From the IMG/VR virus record IMGVR_UViG_3300030019_000001: a DNA stretch of 64,000 nucleotides, one strand, 5' to 3'. The notes beneath the pieces were generated by a model that was not told the origin of the DNA, searched no databases, and was given only the letters and a program-made list of their open reading frames with translations. The stretch is from a virus. Taxonomy: Duplodnaviria > Heunggongvirae > Uroviricota > Caudoviricetes. Positions 48,029 through 57,879 of this stretch are shown piece by piece (the stretch's first letter is position 1; the number at the start of each line of letters is the position of its first letter). The translations under genes were made by a program, and so were the position numbers.

Positions 48029-48099
48029 ATTGTTATTGAATAAGATGTGTTGATATTTTATTTATTTATTTTTATATATAATAAAAAACAATTTAGAAT

Positions 48100-48531
48100 A
48101 TGAATAATGTTGAAAAACAAGCTAAGGTTTGGATAAATAATAATTGGATAAATTTTAAAATTAAAACTGGTTCTCACACTAATATTATAACATTTTTAGA
48201 TAATAGCAAATTATCTTTTATTAAAGAATTTCCTATAGATTTTAATAAAATTCCAATTCCAATAAGAGGAAATGGTAAAAGTCAAAATTTGTTGGAATAT
48301 TTATCGAATAATAGCAGCAATATGAATTTGATACAATCATTTTTGCTATATTTCATATATTTGTTAGATTTTAGATATATTGATGATGCTAAAATTAAAA
48401 TTAAAATTAAAAACAATTTAAATTGGAAAATATCCAATATAATAGTAGAAACTAAGTCTAGAGCATCAATAACGGTAGATACTACATTAATAACAGCAGA
48501 TACTACATTAATAACAGCAGATACCTTTTAA
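48100..48531 (+). CDS. hypothetical protein with C-terminal 7-aa tandem repeat
   Basis: VDTTLITADTTLITADTF, encoded by the 21-bp tandem repeat at 48475-48527. Confidence 0.45.
   Translation: MNNVEKQAKVWINNNWINFKIKTGSHTNIITFLDNSKLSFIKEFPIDFNKIPIPIRGNGKSQNLLEYLSNNSSNMNLIQSFLLYFIYLLDFRYIDDAKIKIKIKNNLNWKISNIIVETKSRASITVDTTLITADTTLITADTF
48475..48527 (+). repeat. 21-bp tandem repeat (~2.5 copies) at the 3' end of a CDS
   Basis: gcagatactacattaataaca repeated. Confidence 0.8.
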
Positions 48532-48565
48532 TTTATATTAACATAAAAAAATAAATCAAATAAAT

Positions 48566-50377
48566 ATGAGCAAACAATTAATTAATATTGGCTCATCTCC
48601 AAACGATGGAACTGGAGATAATTTAAGAGAATCATTCATTAAAATAAATTCCAATTTTAATGATGTTTATTCTTTTACAGGATATACAGGTACTTCTGGA
48701 ACATCAGGAATAAACGGAACTAATGGCACATCAGGAATAAACGGAACTACAGGTACTTCTGGAACTTCAGGTTTAAATGGATCTTCAGGAGGAGCATCAG
48801 TAACTAATGTTACATATAGTGAATTATTAGATTTGATAAATACTTTATCATTAACTATTGGTACACAATATTTAATTACTGATTATAGTACAGTACATAT
48901 AATTCCATATACTAGTGATTTAAATTCAGGTATAACTGAACCATTATTAGTTACCGCAATTGGATTAGATAAATTGAAACCAGAAGCTCATTCTTATTTA
49001 TATTCACAAGATGTAATTTATTATAATTTTAATAATAATCAAACAGTTGTACCAGGATGCACAACTGGCTATATTTACAGAAGAATTGATACAATACAAA
49101 ATAACGATTTTCCTTTTGATTTTAGAAATGTTAAATTTAGAAGATGGCAAATTAATGTTACAAATATATGGAATTCAGGAACAACATACAATTCCAAAGA
49201 TGTTGTATTATTTTCTGAAACCAATCAAATTTATATTTGCATAAAAAATAATACAACAAATATAAATCCAAATAATAATGATGATTCAAATGGTATTTGG
49301 CAGTTATTTGAGTATTATAATCTATCTTATATAAGTTGTACTGAATATAATCTAATTTTTGGTGATATAACCATGCCATGTTCAACAGGATATACTGATA
49401 GTTATATGTGGAGTGATTTTGACTACTATTATTCAACATCATATTCAAATATAATTAATATATCTGAATTAAACTCAAATATAATAAATGGATCAAATAA
49501 TGTTATATTAGGTGTCAATTTCAGAGATAATAATATAAATGTGAATTTCTATAACAATACTATTGGTAATGATTTTAATAACAATACTATTGGTCGTAAT
49601 TTTATTGGTAATAGTATTAGTGATAATTTTAAAAACAATTTAATTGATGATAATTTTAAAAACAATTCTATTGGAGATACATTTCAGGCTAATTCTATTG
49701 GATATGAGTTTAAATATAACTCTATTGGTTCTGCTGGCTCATATAATAAAATTGGTAGAATATGTAATAATAACATTATTAGTACAGAATTCACTGGAAA
49801 TAATATAGGTGATAGATTCTATAATAATATGATTTGTAAATCTTTTTCTAGTAATACACTTGGTGATGACTGTTATAATAACGTTATCGATAGCAATTTT
49901 AATGCTAATGTCATTGGAAACAATTTCAACATTAATATTATAAATACAGAATTTACCCGTAATTCTATTGGAAATACGTTTCAGATTAATTCTATTGGAA
50001 TACAATTTTTATATAATAATATAGGAGATTTTTTTACAAATAATATAATTGCTGATCATTTCACGTCAAATAGTATAAATTCATCTTTCTCTAGTAATAA
50101 CATTTCCAATTTATTTACTTCAAATAACATAGGTAGTACATTTGATTCAAATATAGTAGGTATTGGATTTACAAATAATAGTATTGGAAATTCTTTTAGA
50201 ATAAATACAATTTCTGATTATTTTCAAATGAATAGTGTTTGTGATAATTTTGGAGGATTAGATTTTACATTAGCAAGTTACGTATATTTACCTTATACAA
50301 AAGAATTGTATGTTGATGATACAAATACTAAAAAATTACAATATAATAGAATGATAATTGTAGATGCAAATGCATAA
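48566..50377 (+). CDS. collagen-like (G-X-Y) plus nonapeptide beta-helix repeat protein; tail-fibre-like
   Basis: GTSGTSGINGTNGTSGINGTTGTSGTSGLNGSSGG triple-helix repeats, then ~25 copies of an xxNxIGxxF 9-residue repeat. Confidence 0.55.
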   Translation: MSKQLINIGSSPNDGTGDNLRESFIKINSNFNDVYSFTGYTGTSGTSGINGTNGTSGINGTTGTSGTSGLNGSSGGASVTNVTYSELLDLINTLSLTIGTQYLITDYSTVHIIPYTSDLNSGITEPLLVTAIGLDKLKPEAHSYLYSQDVIYYNFNNNQTVVPGCTTGYIYRRIDTIQNNDFPFDFRNVKFRRWQINVTNIWNSGTTYNSKDVVLFSETNQIYICIKNNTTNINPNNNDDSNGIWQLFEYYNLSYISCTEYNLIFGDITMPCSTGYTDSYMWSDFDYYYSTSYSNIINISELNSNIINGSNNVILGVNFRDNNINVNFYNNTIGNDFNNNTIGRNFIGNSISDNFKNNLIDDNFKNNSIGDTFQANSIGYEFKYNSIGSAGSYNKIGRICNNNIISTEFTGNNIGDRFYNNMICKSFSSNTLGDDCYNNVIDSNFNANVIGNNFNINIINTEFTRNSIGNTFQINSIGIQFLYNNIGDFFTNNIIADHFTSNSINSSFSSNNISNLFTSNNIGSTFDSNIVGIGFTNNSIGNSFRINTISDYFQMNSVCDNFGGLDFTLASYVYLPYTKELYVDDTNTKKLQYNRMIIVDANA

Positions 50378-50412
50378 AAAAATAGCAGATTAACAATCTG
50401 CTATTTTTTTAT
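50376..50412. terminator. bidirectional intrinsic terminator
   Basis: aaaaaa-atagcagatt-aaca-atctgctat-ttttttt. Confidence 0.8.
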
Positions 50413-50999
50413 AAATTAAATTTTTTAGAATCTCTATACAACGGGTCATATTCAGTTCTAATTTTATCATACTCACTTAAAGTTGTTTGCCATATATATT
50501 CAAAATTTTCAACATATTCAAATGTCATAGCCATGTTAATAAATACATCATGATCGTTTATACATTTTTTTATAAATAGTTTTCCTTTGCCAATAACTGA
50601 GCTTATCAAATCTGAATAACCGTCATCTGATGGCATAAAAATATTATATTTCTCATCTAGCCAAATTGGTTTAAAATAATTAAAAAGTTCTTTATACAAT
50701 TTTTCATATTCATCATAAAAACTCATAATAGTATCATATTCAAAATTTTTAAATACTCTTATTTTCAACTTGAAATTTTCTGTTTTATTCTTCTGTCCAA
50801 TATTATTTCTACTCTTAATAATTTTATTCCAATCAGAAATTTTTATAAATTTCCAAAAAACTTCACTATAATTATTAACATCAGGTTTAATAAATCTAAT
50901 ATATTCGCCATTATCATTCATTGATATCAGAGAATTGTTTTTATCATAATAATATGAGTTATTATCTGAGCCTTCAAAAATTTTAAAATTTGTTATCAT
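50409..50999 (-). CDS. array B member (MITNFKIFEG... / ...DSKKFNL)
   Basis: 196 aa ORF. Confidence 0.5.
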   Translation of the reverse strand: MITNFKIFEGSDNNSYYYDKNNSLISMNDNGEYIRFIKPDVNNYSEVFWKFIKISDWNKIIKSRNNIGQKNKTENFKLKIRVFKNFEYDTIMSFYDEYEKLYKELFNYFKPIWLDEKYNIFMPSDDGYSDLISSVIGKGKLFIKKCINDHDVFINMAMTFEYVENFEYIWQTTLSEYDKIRTEYDPLYRDSKKFNL

Positions 51000-51001
51000 G
51001 T

Positions 51002-52159
51002 TTACATATTAAATTTATCAGAATCTACAATAAACATATATTTATTGAATTCTTCTTTTATTTGTGAATCTAACCTAAAATTAGAGTTTAAGATATTTAA
51101 AGATTCAGCTATCAAATCACCTTTTTCATCTTCTGTGTCATCTTCATATCCATTTTCCTTTATATATTCTTCTATATATCTTTTTTGAAAATCATATTCA
51201 TCTGAAATATCATCATTGTGAGTTCTTTTTTCTTCAAATAGTTCAAATAATAACAACGTTAGATTATCGGAGTCACCTGAATTATCCATTAGGTAATGTT
51301 GTATTTCTATACTATTTCCAATTTGTGATTCTACCCAACCATATTTTGAAACAGTATCTGTATTTCTTTTATAATATTCAACAAGTTTATTCTCATCTAT
51401 ATATACACTATAATTGTTATAAAAACCATTTGGTGTAAAATTATCAATCAATTCAACATAACTATCTACTCCTGTTTTTTCTGACATAACCTCAATGAAA
51501 GTGAGATATTCATATCTTTTGGTAATAGTTTCTTCTATAAATTCACCTTCTTCTGATTCATCTGTTATAATCTCTTGTAATTGATCTGAATCTAAATCAT
51601 CTAACATATCAGAATCATATTTCAATTCATCATTTTTTGCAATAATAGAGTTGGAACTAATTTCATCTCCATCTTCAACTACAACTGTAAAGTTATCAGG
51701 AATAATATATTCCTCCTTAGAATTATCCTCAGCTATTATAATTTTTTTGATGTTATCTTCCTCAATAATTGATACAATACCGTCATATTCAGATTTTATA
51801 ATCATATCATCATCATCATTATTATCATAATAAGATTCTATTATCTTATTTTCTTTAACTGATGTTAAATGATTATTAATATATTCTTTATATTCATAAT
51901 CATAAAAATCTCCAATATTTAGTTCTTTGACAGTTGAGTTAATGATATCTTGTATGTATTTATTATTATCAAAAACACTAGAAATTAAATTTGGATCATA
52001 AGTTAATATTTCTACAATATCAGATTCTGTTGGATTATCTAAATAATGTTCATCATAATAAGCTGATATATATTCGTCATCTAAAAAGTCATGTGACAAA
52101 TCATGTTTTGCGCTATCTGAACTTTCAAACATTTTAAATTTTTTGAAATTTGTTATCAT
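51002..52159 (-). CDS. array B member, acidic (MITNFKKFKMFESSD... / ...DSDKFNM)
   Basis: 385 aa, D/E-rich. Confidence 0.5.
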   Translation of the reverse strand: MITNFKKFKMFESSDSAKHDLSHDFLDDEYISAYYDEHYLDNPTESDIVEILTYDPNLISSVFDNNKYIQDIINSTVKELNIGDFYDYEYKEYINNHLTSVKENKIIESYYDNNDDDDMIIKSEYDGIVSIIEEDNIKKIIIAEDNSKEEYIIPDNFTVVVEDGDEISSNSIIAKNDELKYDSDMLDDLDSDQLQEIITDESEEGEFIEETITKRYEYLTFIEVMSEKTGVDSYVELIDNFTPNGFYNNYSVYIDENKLVEYYKRNTDTVSKYGWVESQIGNSIEIQHYLMDNSGDSDNLTLLLFELFEEKRTHNDDISDEYDFQKRYIEEYIKENGYEDDTEDEKGDLIAESLNILNSNFRLDSQIKEEFNKYMFIVDSDKFNM

Positions 52160-52267
52160 ACTATTTGTTTTATTTTGCTATTTTTTGCTGTTTTAATGAC
52201 ATCTAATGTCATAAATTATATCATTCAATTGATTTATCAGTTATATTATTAAATCTATAAAAACTCA

Positions 52268-53089
52268 TTACAAATTGAATTTATTGGTGTCATTAATAAT
52301 TTTCCAATTATTATAATAATCATCACTTAATACATTTGAATATTTATCTAATATTTCATAAATACCGTCTATATCTATTTGACTACTTTCACCTAAATTA
52401 TTAATAGTAGAATTTCTATCATATAAAAAATCTAAATTTTTATCTTTATCAATATTTGGAGTATAATAAGCATCAAAAATGTCAGTATCAAAATGAATAG
52501 AATATGTCAATTTTTTAGTTTTTAAATTGTAATATTGATGTATCTTTAATATCCAAGCTAATTTATCATTGTTAATATTGAATTTATTAAAATTATATAC
52601 AATAGTATCAATGTGAAAATTTCTATCTAGTTCATAATATAAATTACCTGGATTTTTTAATAATTTATCAAAATCATTATTATATTTCATTTTTACTACA
52701 ATATCATTAAAATATTTTGATATATTTTCATCTTTATTGATGTGTGAATTTATATCATACAATTTAGAAAAATAAAGAATTTTTTCTATTTCAGATATTT
52801 CTGATTCGAATTTTTTTAATATTCTAATATTCTCTTCTTTTTTGAATTTTTCACGACCTATTTTTTTGATATGTCTTTTTAGTTCTTTTTCTTTTTCTTC
52901 TAATCTTTTTCTATTTTCAGGATCATAATCTTGATATTTTTCTTTTGCAACATCAAGTCCTTTATTACCAATCAAATTCAAAAATTTAGTATATAAATCT
53001 GAATTCTCTTTTTTTACGTTATCTAAAAACTTGGCATTTTCTTTGTCTTGTAATATATCAAACACTTTAAATTCAAATATCTTTCTCAT
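52268..53089 (-). CDS. array B member (MRKIFEFKVFD... / ...DTNKFNL)
   Basis: 273 aa ORF. Confidence 0.5.
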   Translation of the reverse strand: MRKIFEFKVFDILQDKENAKFLDNVKKENSDLYTKFLNLIGNKGLDVAKEKYQDYDPENRKRLEEKEKELKRHIKKIGREKFKKEENIRILKKFESEISEIEKILYFSKLYDINSHINKDENISKYFNDIVVKMKYNNDFDKLLKNPGNLYYELDRNFHIDTIVYNFNKFNINNDKLAWILKIHQYYNLKTKKLTYSIHFDTDIFDAYYTPNIDKDKNLDFLYDRNSTINNLGESSQIDIDGIYEILDKYSNVLSDDYYNNWKIINDTNKFNL

Positions 53090-53092
53090 TCA

Positions 53093-53443
53093 TTATATAT
53101 TATATTTGTGTGTGTCATTTGTAAATTCTGGAACATAAAAATAATCTAGAAAATTTGGCAACTCATTGTAATTATTATTAATGTCAAATTCTTGCATTTT
53201 TTTAGTATCATCAAAAAACATAATAACTTTATTCATACATTCAATAGGCAAATAATTATTTATATTATATTTTTCAATTGATTTTTCAGCATCACCATAA
53301 AATCCAGCTACCTTATAACTATTTCCTTTTTTAAAAATTACATTTCTATCTTTATATTTCTTGTGATAATTTTTTATACACATCACATAATCATCAATCA
53401 TTCTTAAATCTGGATTTTTATATGCTTCAAATATTGTTATCAT
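53093..53443 (-). CDS. array B member (MITIFEAYKNPD... / ...DTHKYNI)
   Basis: 116 aa ORF. Confidence 0.5.
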   Translation of the reverse strand: MITIFEAYKNPDLRMIDDYVMCIKNYHKKYKDRNVIFKKGNSYKVAGFYGDAEKSIEKYNINNYLPIECMNKVIMFFDDTKKMQEFDINNNYNELPNFLDYFYVPEFTNDTHKYNI

Positions 53444-53445
53444 AA

Positions 53446-53811
53446 TTAATTGTCTTTATTATTTATAGTTTCTATTTTATTAATAGTGTAATTGATTAAT
53501 TCTTCATTTGATTTAAATTCAATAAATGCCATTGGCTCATCTTTTATGTTGAAATTTTTAATTTTTATTATCCATTCATCATAATTCAATCCTATAAAAT
53601 TATAAATATTTTTTATACTTACAATTATATCATTAGATATTAAATTAAAGCAAACATAAAATATTGCTTGCCTATCTTGATATTCATATTCTATTACTAT
53701 ACTATCAAATTCATCATTCTCAGTAAAAAACATTTCTACTAAATAATTACTTAATATTTTAGCTCTAGATTGAAGTTTAGAAATATTACAATTAAATTCA
53801 TCAATATTCAT
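53446..53811 (-). CDS. array B member (MNIDEFNCNIS...)
   Basis: 121 aa ORF with a TAATG overlap to the upstream gene. Confidence 0.45.
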   Translation of the reverse strand: MNIDEFNCNISKLQSRAKILSNYLVEMFFTENDEFDSIVIEYEYQDRQAIFYVCFNLISNDIIVSIKNIYNFIGLNYDEWIIKIKNFNIKDEPMAFIEFKSNEELINYTINKIETINNKDN

Positions 53812-54152
53812 TACACATTAAATTTATTTGTATCTAAATATAAACTATATGCATTTTTTGCAGCTTCAATAGTATCATAAGATGATATAACATAAACCTC
53901 ATTAATAGTTAATATATCAGTAGATTTAATATCGAAATGAAATTCTTTTACATCCCATATATAAAAATCAAGATCAACACGATTAAGATCATTTATATTA
54001 TTAAATTTTGCAAGATAAAAATCTTTTTGATATCTAAATATTACAAATTTACCATAATATTTTTTATAATCTAATTTTTTATCAATCATATTTTTGTTGA
54101 TTTTTTTTATAGAATCTTCAATAGCATTTTCAAAATTTTTAATGTATTTCAT
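53811..54152 (-). CDS. array B member (MKYIKNFENAIED... / ...DTNKFNV)
   Basis: 113 aa ORF. Confidence 0.5.
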   Translation of the reverse strand: MKYIKNFENAIEDSIKKINKNMIDKKLDYKKYYGKFVIFRYQKDFYLAKFNNINDLNRVDLDFYIWDVKEFHFDIKSTDILTINEVYVISSYDTIEAAKNAYSLYLDTNKFNV

Positions 54153-54230
54153 TTAATATAGATATTTTCAATATATATAAAATAATAATTATAAAAACTT
54201 TTCTTGCTATTTTTTATATAAAAATAAAAA

Positions 54231-54485
54231 ATGCAAACATTAGTATTCAACACAACAGATAAAACCACAAATTTATATGATGGAATATCAATAGAAGACG
54301 GAATTATAATATCAGAATATTCTTTTGATGATGTTAGTACAGTCTCTGTAAGAGAAGGCTATTATGAGATTATGAAAATGTATGAAATTAACACTAGAAC
54401 CAAAGGTAAAATTGTTACCATTCCTGTTGCAAGATTTCCTATTTCTCAAACTAATATGATAATTATAAACAAAAAAAATATATAA
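54231..54485 (+). CDS. hypothetical protein
   Basis: 84 aa ORF. Confidence 0.4.
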   Translation: MQTLVFNTTDKTTNLYDGISIEDGIIISEYSFDDVSTVSVREGYYEIMKMYEINTRTKGKIVTIPVARFPISQTNMIIINKKNI

Positions 54486-54624
54486 TATTGTTATATGTTG
54501 AATTTTTCTGTTGAATTAAGAATATCTATATCTTTTTTATTTTTACTTTTCTAACTATCATAAACTAATATAGTATCTTATCTGCTTATATTATTTGATT
54601 CAAAATATTTAAAATATATCATAA

Positions 54625-55209
54625 TTAAACATTAAATTTACTTATATCAATTCTCAAGTCTGAATTTTCCTTATATTTTGGAAATTTGTTAGTTACATAT
54701 TTTTCTATCTCATCTATATAATCATCTTTGTGACTATTAAATTTCTTAAAATCTAATAAACAATCATAGAAATTTTCACCATCACTATTTTTAATATCAA
54801 GATCTAATCCAGCTTTTAAAAATTTTTCTAATAACATAATAAATGTACCAGCATCATAGAAATAAGATAGATATTTTATTATAGCTGTTTCTCCGTTTAT
54901 ATCTTGAATATTCACATCAGCCTTTGCATTTAACAATTTGTTAATTACTATTGGAGTTGAAGCCATCATCAATGCTGTATTTTTATTCTTGTCTGTTTCA
55001 TTAACATCAGCGTCGCCTTCTATTAAAGCATCGACAACAAATGGAAATTTAATAGCGTGCATCAATGCTGTTTTACCATCAGAGTCTTTCATATTAACAT
55101 CAACTCCTTCTTTTATCGCTTGTTTTACTACACTAGTACTTCCTCTTTTTGCAGATGATATAAATGGTGGTTCCTTTACTGATCTTTCAAATAATCTTAA
55201 ATATTTCAT
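54625..55209 (-). CDS. ankyrin-repeat protein (MKYLRLFERSVKE... / ...DISKFNV)
   Basis: GKTALMHAIKF...VVDALIEGDADVNETDKNKNTALMMA...LLNAKADVNIQDINGETAI. Confidence 0.6.
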   Translation of the reverse strand: MKYLRLFERSVKEPPFISSAKRGSTSVVKQAIKEGVDVNMKDSDGKTALMHAIKFPFVVDALIEGDADVNETDKNKNTALMMASTPIVINKLLNAKADVNIQDINGETAIIKYLSYFYDAGTFIMLLEKFLKAGLDLDIKNSDGENFYDCLLDFKKFNSHKDDYIDEIEKYVTNKFPKYKENSDLRIDISKFNV

Positions 55210-55279
55210 ATTAAACTGTTAAATTTTTATTATAAGTGTATATATAAATTTTCACAATTATAAAATAATATATACTATC

Positions 55280-55816
55280 ATGAAATATTTAAAGCAATAC
55301 GAAGCATACATTGAGATGTATTTAGATGATGATGATCAATTAACATTAATGAAAGAATATCTTGATAATGAAGATTTATCAAAAATAAATAAAATATTAA
55401 ATAGTGGATTTGATCCTAATACAAAATATGGAATTCATCCTGTAATATACGATCTTCAAGATAAAAATAAGGACAAATCAAATTCTAATATATTAAAATC
55501 ATTTATTGAACATGGACTAGATAATAAAATCATTACAATTTTTTTATATAATGAATTAAATTGGACTAGATATGCAGTAGATAAATTAAATCTATTAGAA
55601 ATATCTAAAATTTGTATTAAGTCTGGAGCAGATTTATTTTATGATTATGGTTTGTATAGTGATTTTTTTGATATGATCGAAAAAAAGAAAACAACATTTA
55701 AATCATTATTCACAGAAAAATTTGTGAATGATTTAATGAGTATCATTAAAGAAGAAGCTTCAGAGCAATATGACAAATATATAATACAAAAAAACTCAAA
55801 AAAATTTAACATATGA
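55280..55816 (+). CDS. ankyrin-like protein (MKYLKQYEAYIEMY... / ...NSKKFNI)
   Basis: Paralog of 55813..56361. Confidence 0.5.
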   Translation: MKYLKQYEAYIEMYLDDDDQLTLMKEYLDNEDLSKINKILNSGFDPNTKYGIHPVIYDLQDKNKDKSNSNILKSFIEHGLDNKIITIFLYNELNWTRYAVDKLNLLEISKICIKSGADLFYDYGLYSDFFDMIEKKKTTFKSLFTEKFVNDLMSIIKEEASEQYDKYIIQKNSKKFNI

Positions 55817-56361
55817 AATATTTAAAAACCTATGAAAAAATGATGACATTAGAGTTAGATATTGATGATCAAGAAGAATTGATGACAAAAGCATTAGAAT
55901 ATAATAAAATTAATCTAGTAAAAGGACTTCTTGATAATGGATTTGACCCAAATTATATTGTAACACACTATGGTGTACCTCTATTACTTTATCAATTATC
56001 TGATAACACAACAAAATTGGATATTGATATATTAAAATTATTAATAGACAAAGGAGCCGATGTTAATCTTATGATAAATGGATCACCTTTAATCTCTGGT
56101 GCAATAACTTTATATCACAGAAAAAGTACAGATAAAGAATATAGAGATAAATATTTAGAAGCTATCAGATTATTTATTAAATCTGGCGCAGATTTAACAG
56201 CAAGAGACGATGAAAAAGAAAATTCATTTGATACAATTCAAAATATGATAGATTATGGATATTTTAAACCTATTTTTACAAAAAGATTATTGAAGATTAT
56301 TGAAGAAGAAGCACCAGAACAATATGGAATTTACATAACATCTAAAAAGTATAATATATAA
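55813..56361 (+). CDS. ankyrin-repeat protein (MKYLKTYEKMMTLE... / ...TSKKYNI)
   Basis: LVKGLLDNGFDPNY...LLIDKGADVNLMINGSPLISGAI. ATATGA overlap with the previous gene. Confidence 0.55.
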   Translation: MKYLKTYEKMMTLELDIDDQEELMTKALEYNKINLVKGLLDNGFDPNYIVTHYGVPLLLYQLSDNTTKLDIDILKLLIDKGADVNLMINGSPLISGAITLYHRKSTDKEYRDKYLEAIRLFIKSGADLTARDDEKENSFDTIQNMIDYGYFKPIFTKRLLKIIEEEAPEQYGIYITSKKYNI

Positions 56362-56395
56362 AAAAAAATCCTGATTTCTCAGGATTTTTTTTATT
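56360..56395. terminator. bidirectional intrinsic terminator
   Basis: aaaaaaaa-atcctga-tttc-tcaggat-tttttttt. Confidence 0.8.
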
Positions 56396-57857
56396 TATCG
56401 ATAAATAACTTATTATCAGGGGGCCAATGTATATGTGGCGCTTCCATTGTGTCAGTAATTACCCACAATATTTTTTCAAAGTATTTAGGAATACCATATT
56501 TAAATTTGTCTGGTACTGTACCTGCTGCATCTGTAAAATATATTACAAACGAAGGAATAGTTCCTTTTTGTATTAGATTCTTTTCAATCCATTGGAAAGG
56601 TGGAACAAAACTTGTACCTCCACCACCTTTTGCTTTGAAGTGTCTACCAAGAATTTCCTTAAATTTACCTTCATTCATTGAATCTCCGCTCTTTGTTCTA
56701 AGATTAATTCTTTCTATTCCTTTCACTTCATCATCACACCATATAATTATAGCTTCTTCAATTTTCTTTGAACCAAAAATACCATAAATTTCAGATGCAA
56801 ATCTACCAAGTGTTTCATCTCCAATTGATCCTGATGTATCAATACACAAAACTATTGTTCTGAATCCACTATCTTTAGGATATTTCAATCCTGGTAAATA
56901 CAATGGATCATCTTGTCCAATAAATCTTTTATTAAAATAACCATATTTAGGATTACTTGAAAAACATTTATTCATAAATTTAACTAATGATGCTTTCCAA
57001 TTGACTTTTGGTTTTCCAATTTTGTTAAACCATCTATTCAATGATTGAGATCCAGTTCCTTGATTATTACTTTTTGCATTATTTAATATTTCTCCCCATT
57101 TTTTTGCTAAATCTTCTGGACTTTCCATTTTGCTTAATTCATCACTACCATCGAATAATGTTGCACCTTTTTTATCATTTAAACTACCTGGAGCACACAA
57201 ATCACCTGCACCTGGAATTGAACTACCTGGCTTTCCTTGACCCTGCCCTGGTTTACCTTGTCCTGGTTTACCCTGACCTTCACCTTCTCCATCACCTTCT
57301 CCATCACCTTCTCCTTTTTTCTTTGGTTTCGCTTGCTCTTCTTTTTCAAGAATTACATAGATTTGCTCTGCACTCATATCACGATATTTTTCATCTAATA
57401 GAATATTTGTTGGTACTCTTAATATATCAGGTTTACTTGTTGCACCGTCAGGAGTTTCTTTACTCATATCAGATATTTGAAGATTAATTGCATAATCTGC
57501 TGCTTGATTCCATAAATCATGATTTCTGTTACCTTGTCTCATAAAGTGAAGATTTGCATTGTGCATAACTTCGTGTATCAAAACAAATGCTACTTCCTCT
57601 GTGTTTTTTAATACATTGTTAACAAATTCAGGATTATATAAAATATTTTGCCCATCAGTAGCCATAGTATTTATACCACTTCCTGGTGATGCTTCTGCAA
57701 TATTTAATTGAAAGAACAAATCTGCAAAGAAATTATAGTAAGCCATAACAGATGTTAAAGCTGCTCTTACTTTACCTTTAGCCATTTTGTTTAATTTTGG
57801 ATCAGTAAAATCTTCATTTATACCCAAAAAACTAAATGTATTGAATTTTTTTATCAT
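56391..57857 (-). CDS. VWA-domain protein with N-terminal HExxH metallopeptidase-like domain (MoxR-associated, DUF2201-like)
   Basis: FVLIHEVMHNANLHF carries HExxH. MIDAS motif IVLCIDTSGSIGDE. A low-complexity GEGDGEGDGEGEGQGKPGQGKPG linker separates the two. Confidence 0.65.
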   Translation of the reverse strand: MIKKFNTFSFLGINEDFTDPKLNKMAKGKVRAALTSVMAYYNFFADLFFQLNIAEASPGSGINTMATDGQNILYNPEFVNNVLKNTEEVAFVLIHEVMHNANLHFMRQGNRNHDLWNQAADYAINLQISDMSKETPDGATSKPDILRVPTNILLDEKYRDMSAEQIYVILEKEEQAKPKKKGEGDGEGDGEGEGQGKPGQGKPGQGQGKPGSSIPGAGDLCAPGSLNDKKGATLFDGSDELSKMESPEDLAKKWGEILNNAKSNNQGTGSQSLNRWFNKIGKPKVNWKASLVKFMNKCFSSNPKYGYFNKRFIGQDDPLYLPGLKYPKDSGFRTIVLCIDTSGSIGDETLGRFASEIYGIFGSKKIEEAIIIWCDDEVKGIERINLRTKSGDSMNEGKFKEILGRHFKAKGGGGTSFVPPFQWIEKNLIQKGTIPSFVIYFTDAAGTVPDKFKYGIPKYFEKILWVITDTMEAPHIHWPPDNKLFIDK

Positions 57858-57879
57858 TTTTATTTTTTATTTTTATTAA

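Noticed and set aside
48690-48800. Possible CRISPR-like array or other short tandem repeats, including 57241-57320 and 18291-18316.
   Set aside because: All are in-frame coding repeats (collagen G-X-Y, GEGDGEG/GKPGQ linker, HYHYHY). There are no spacer-repeat units and no cas genes.
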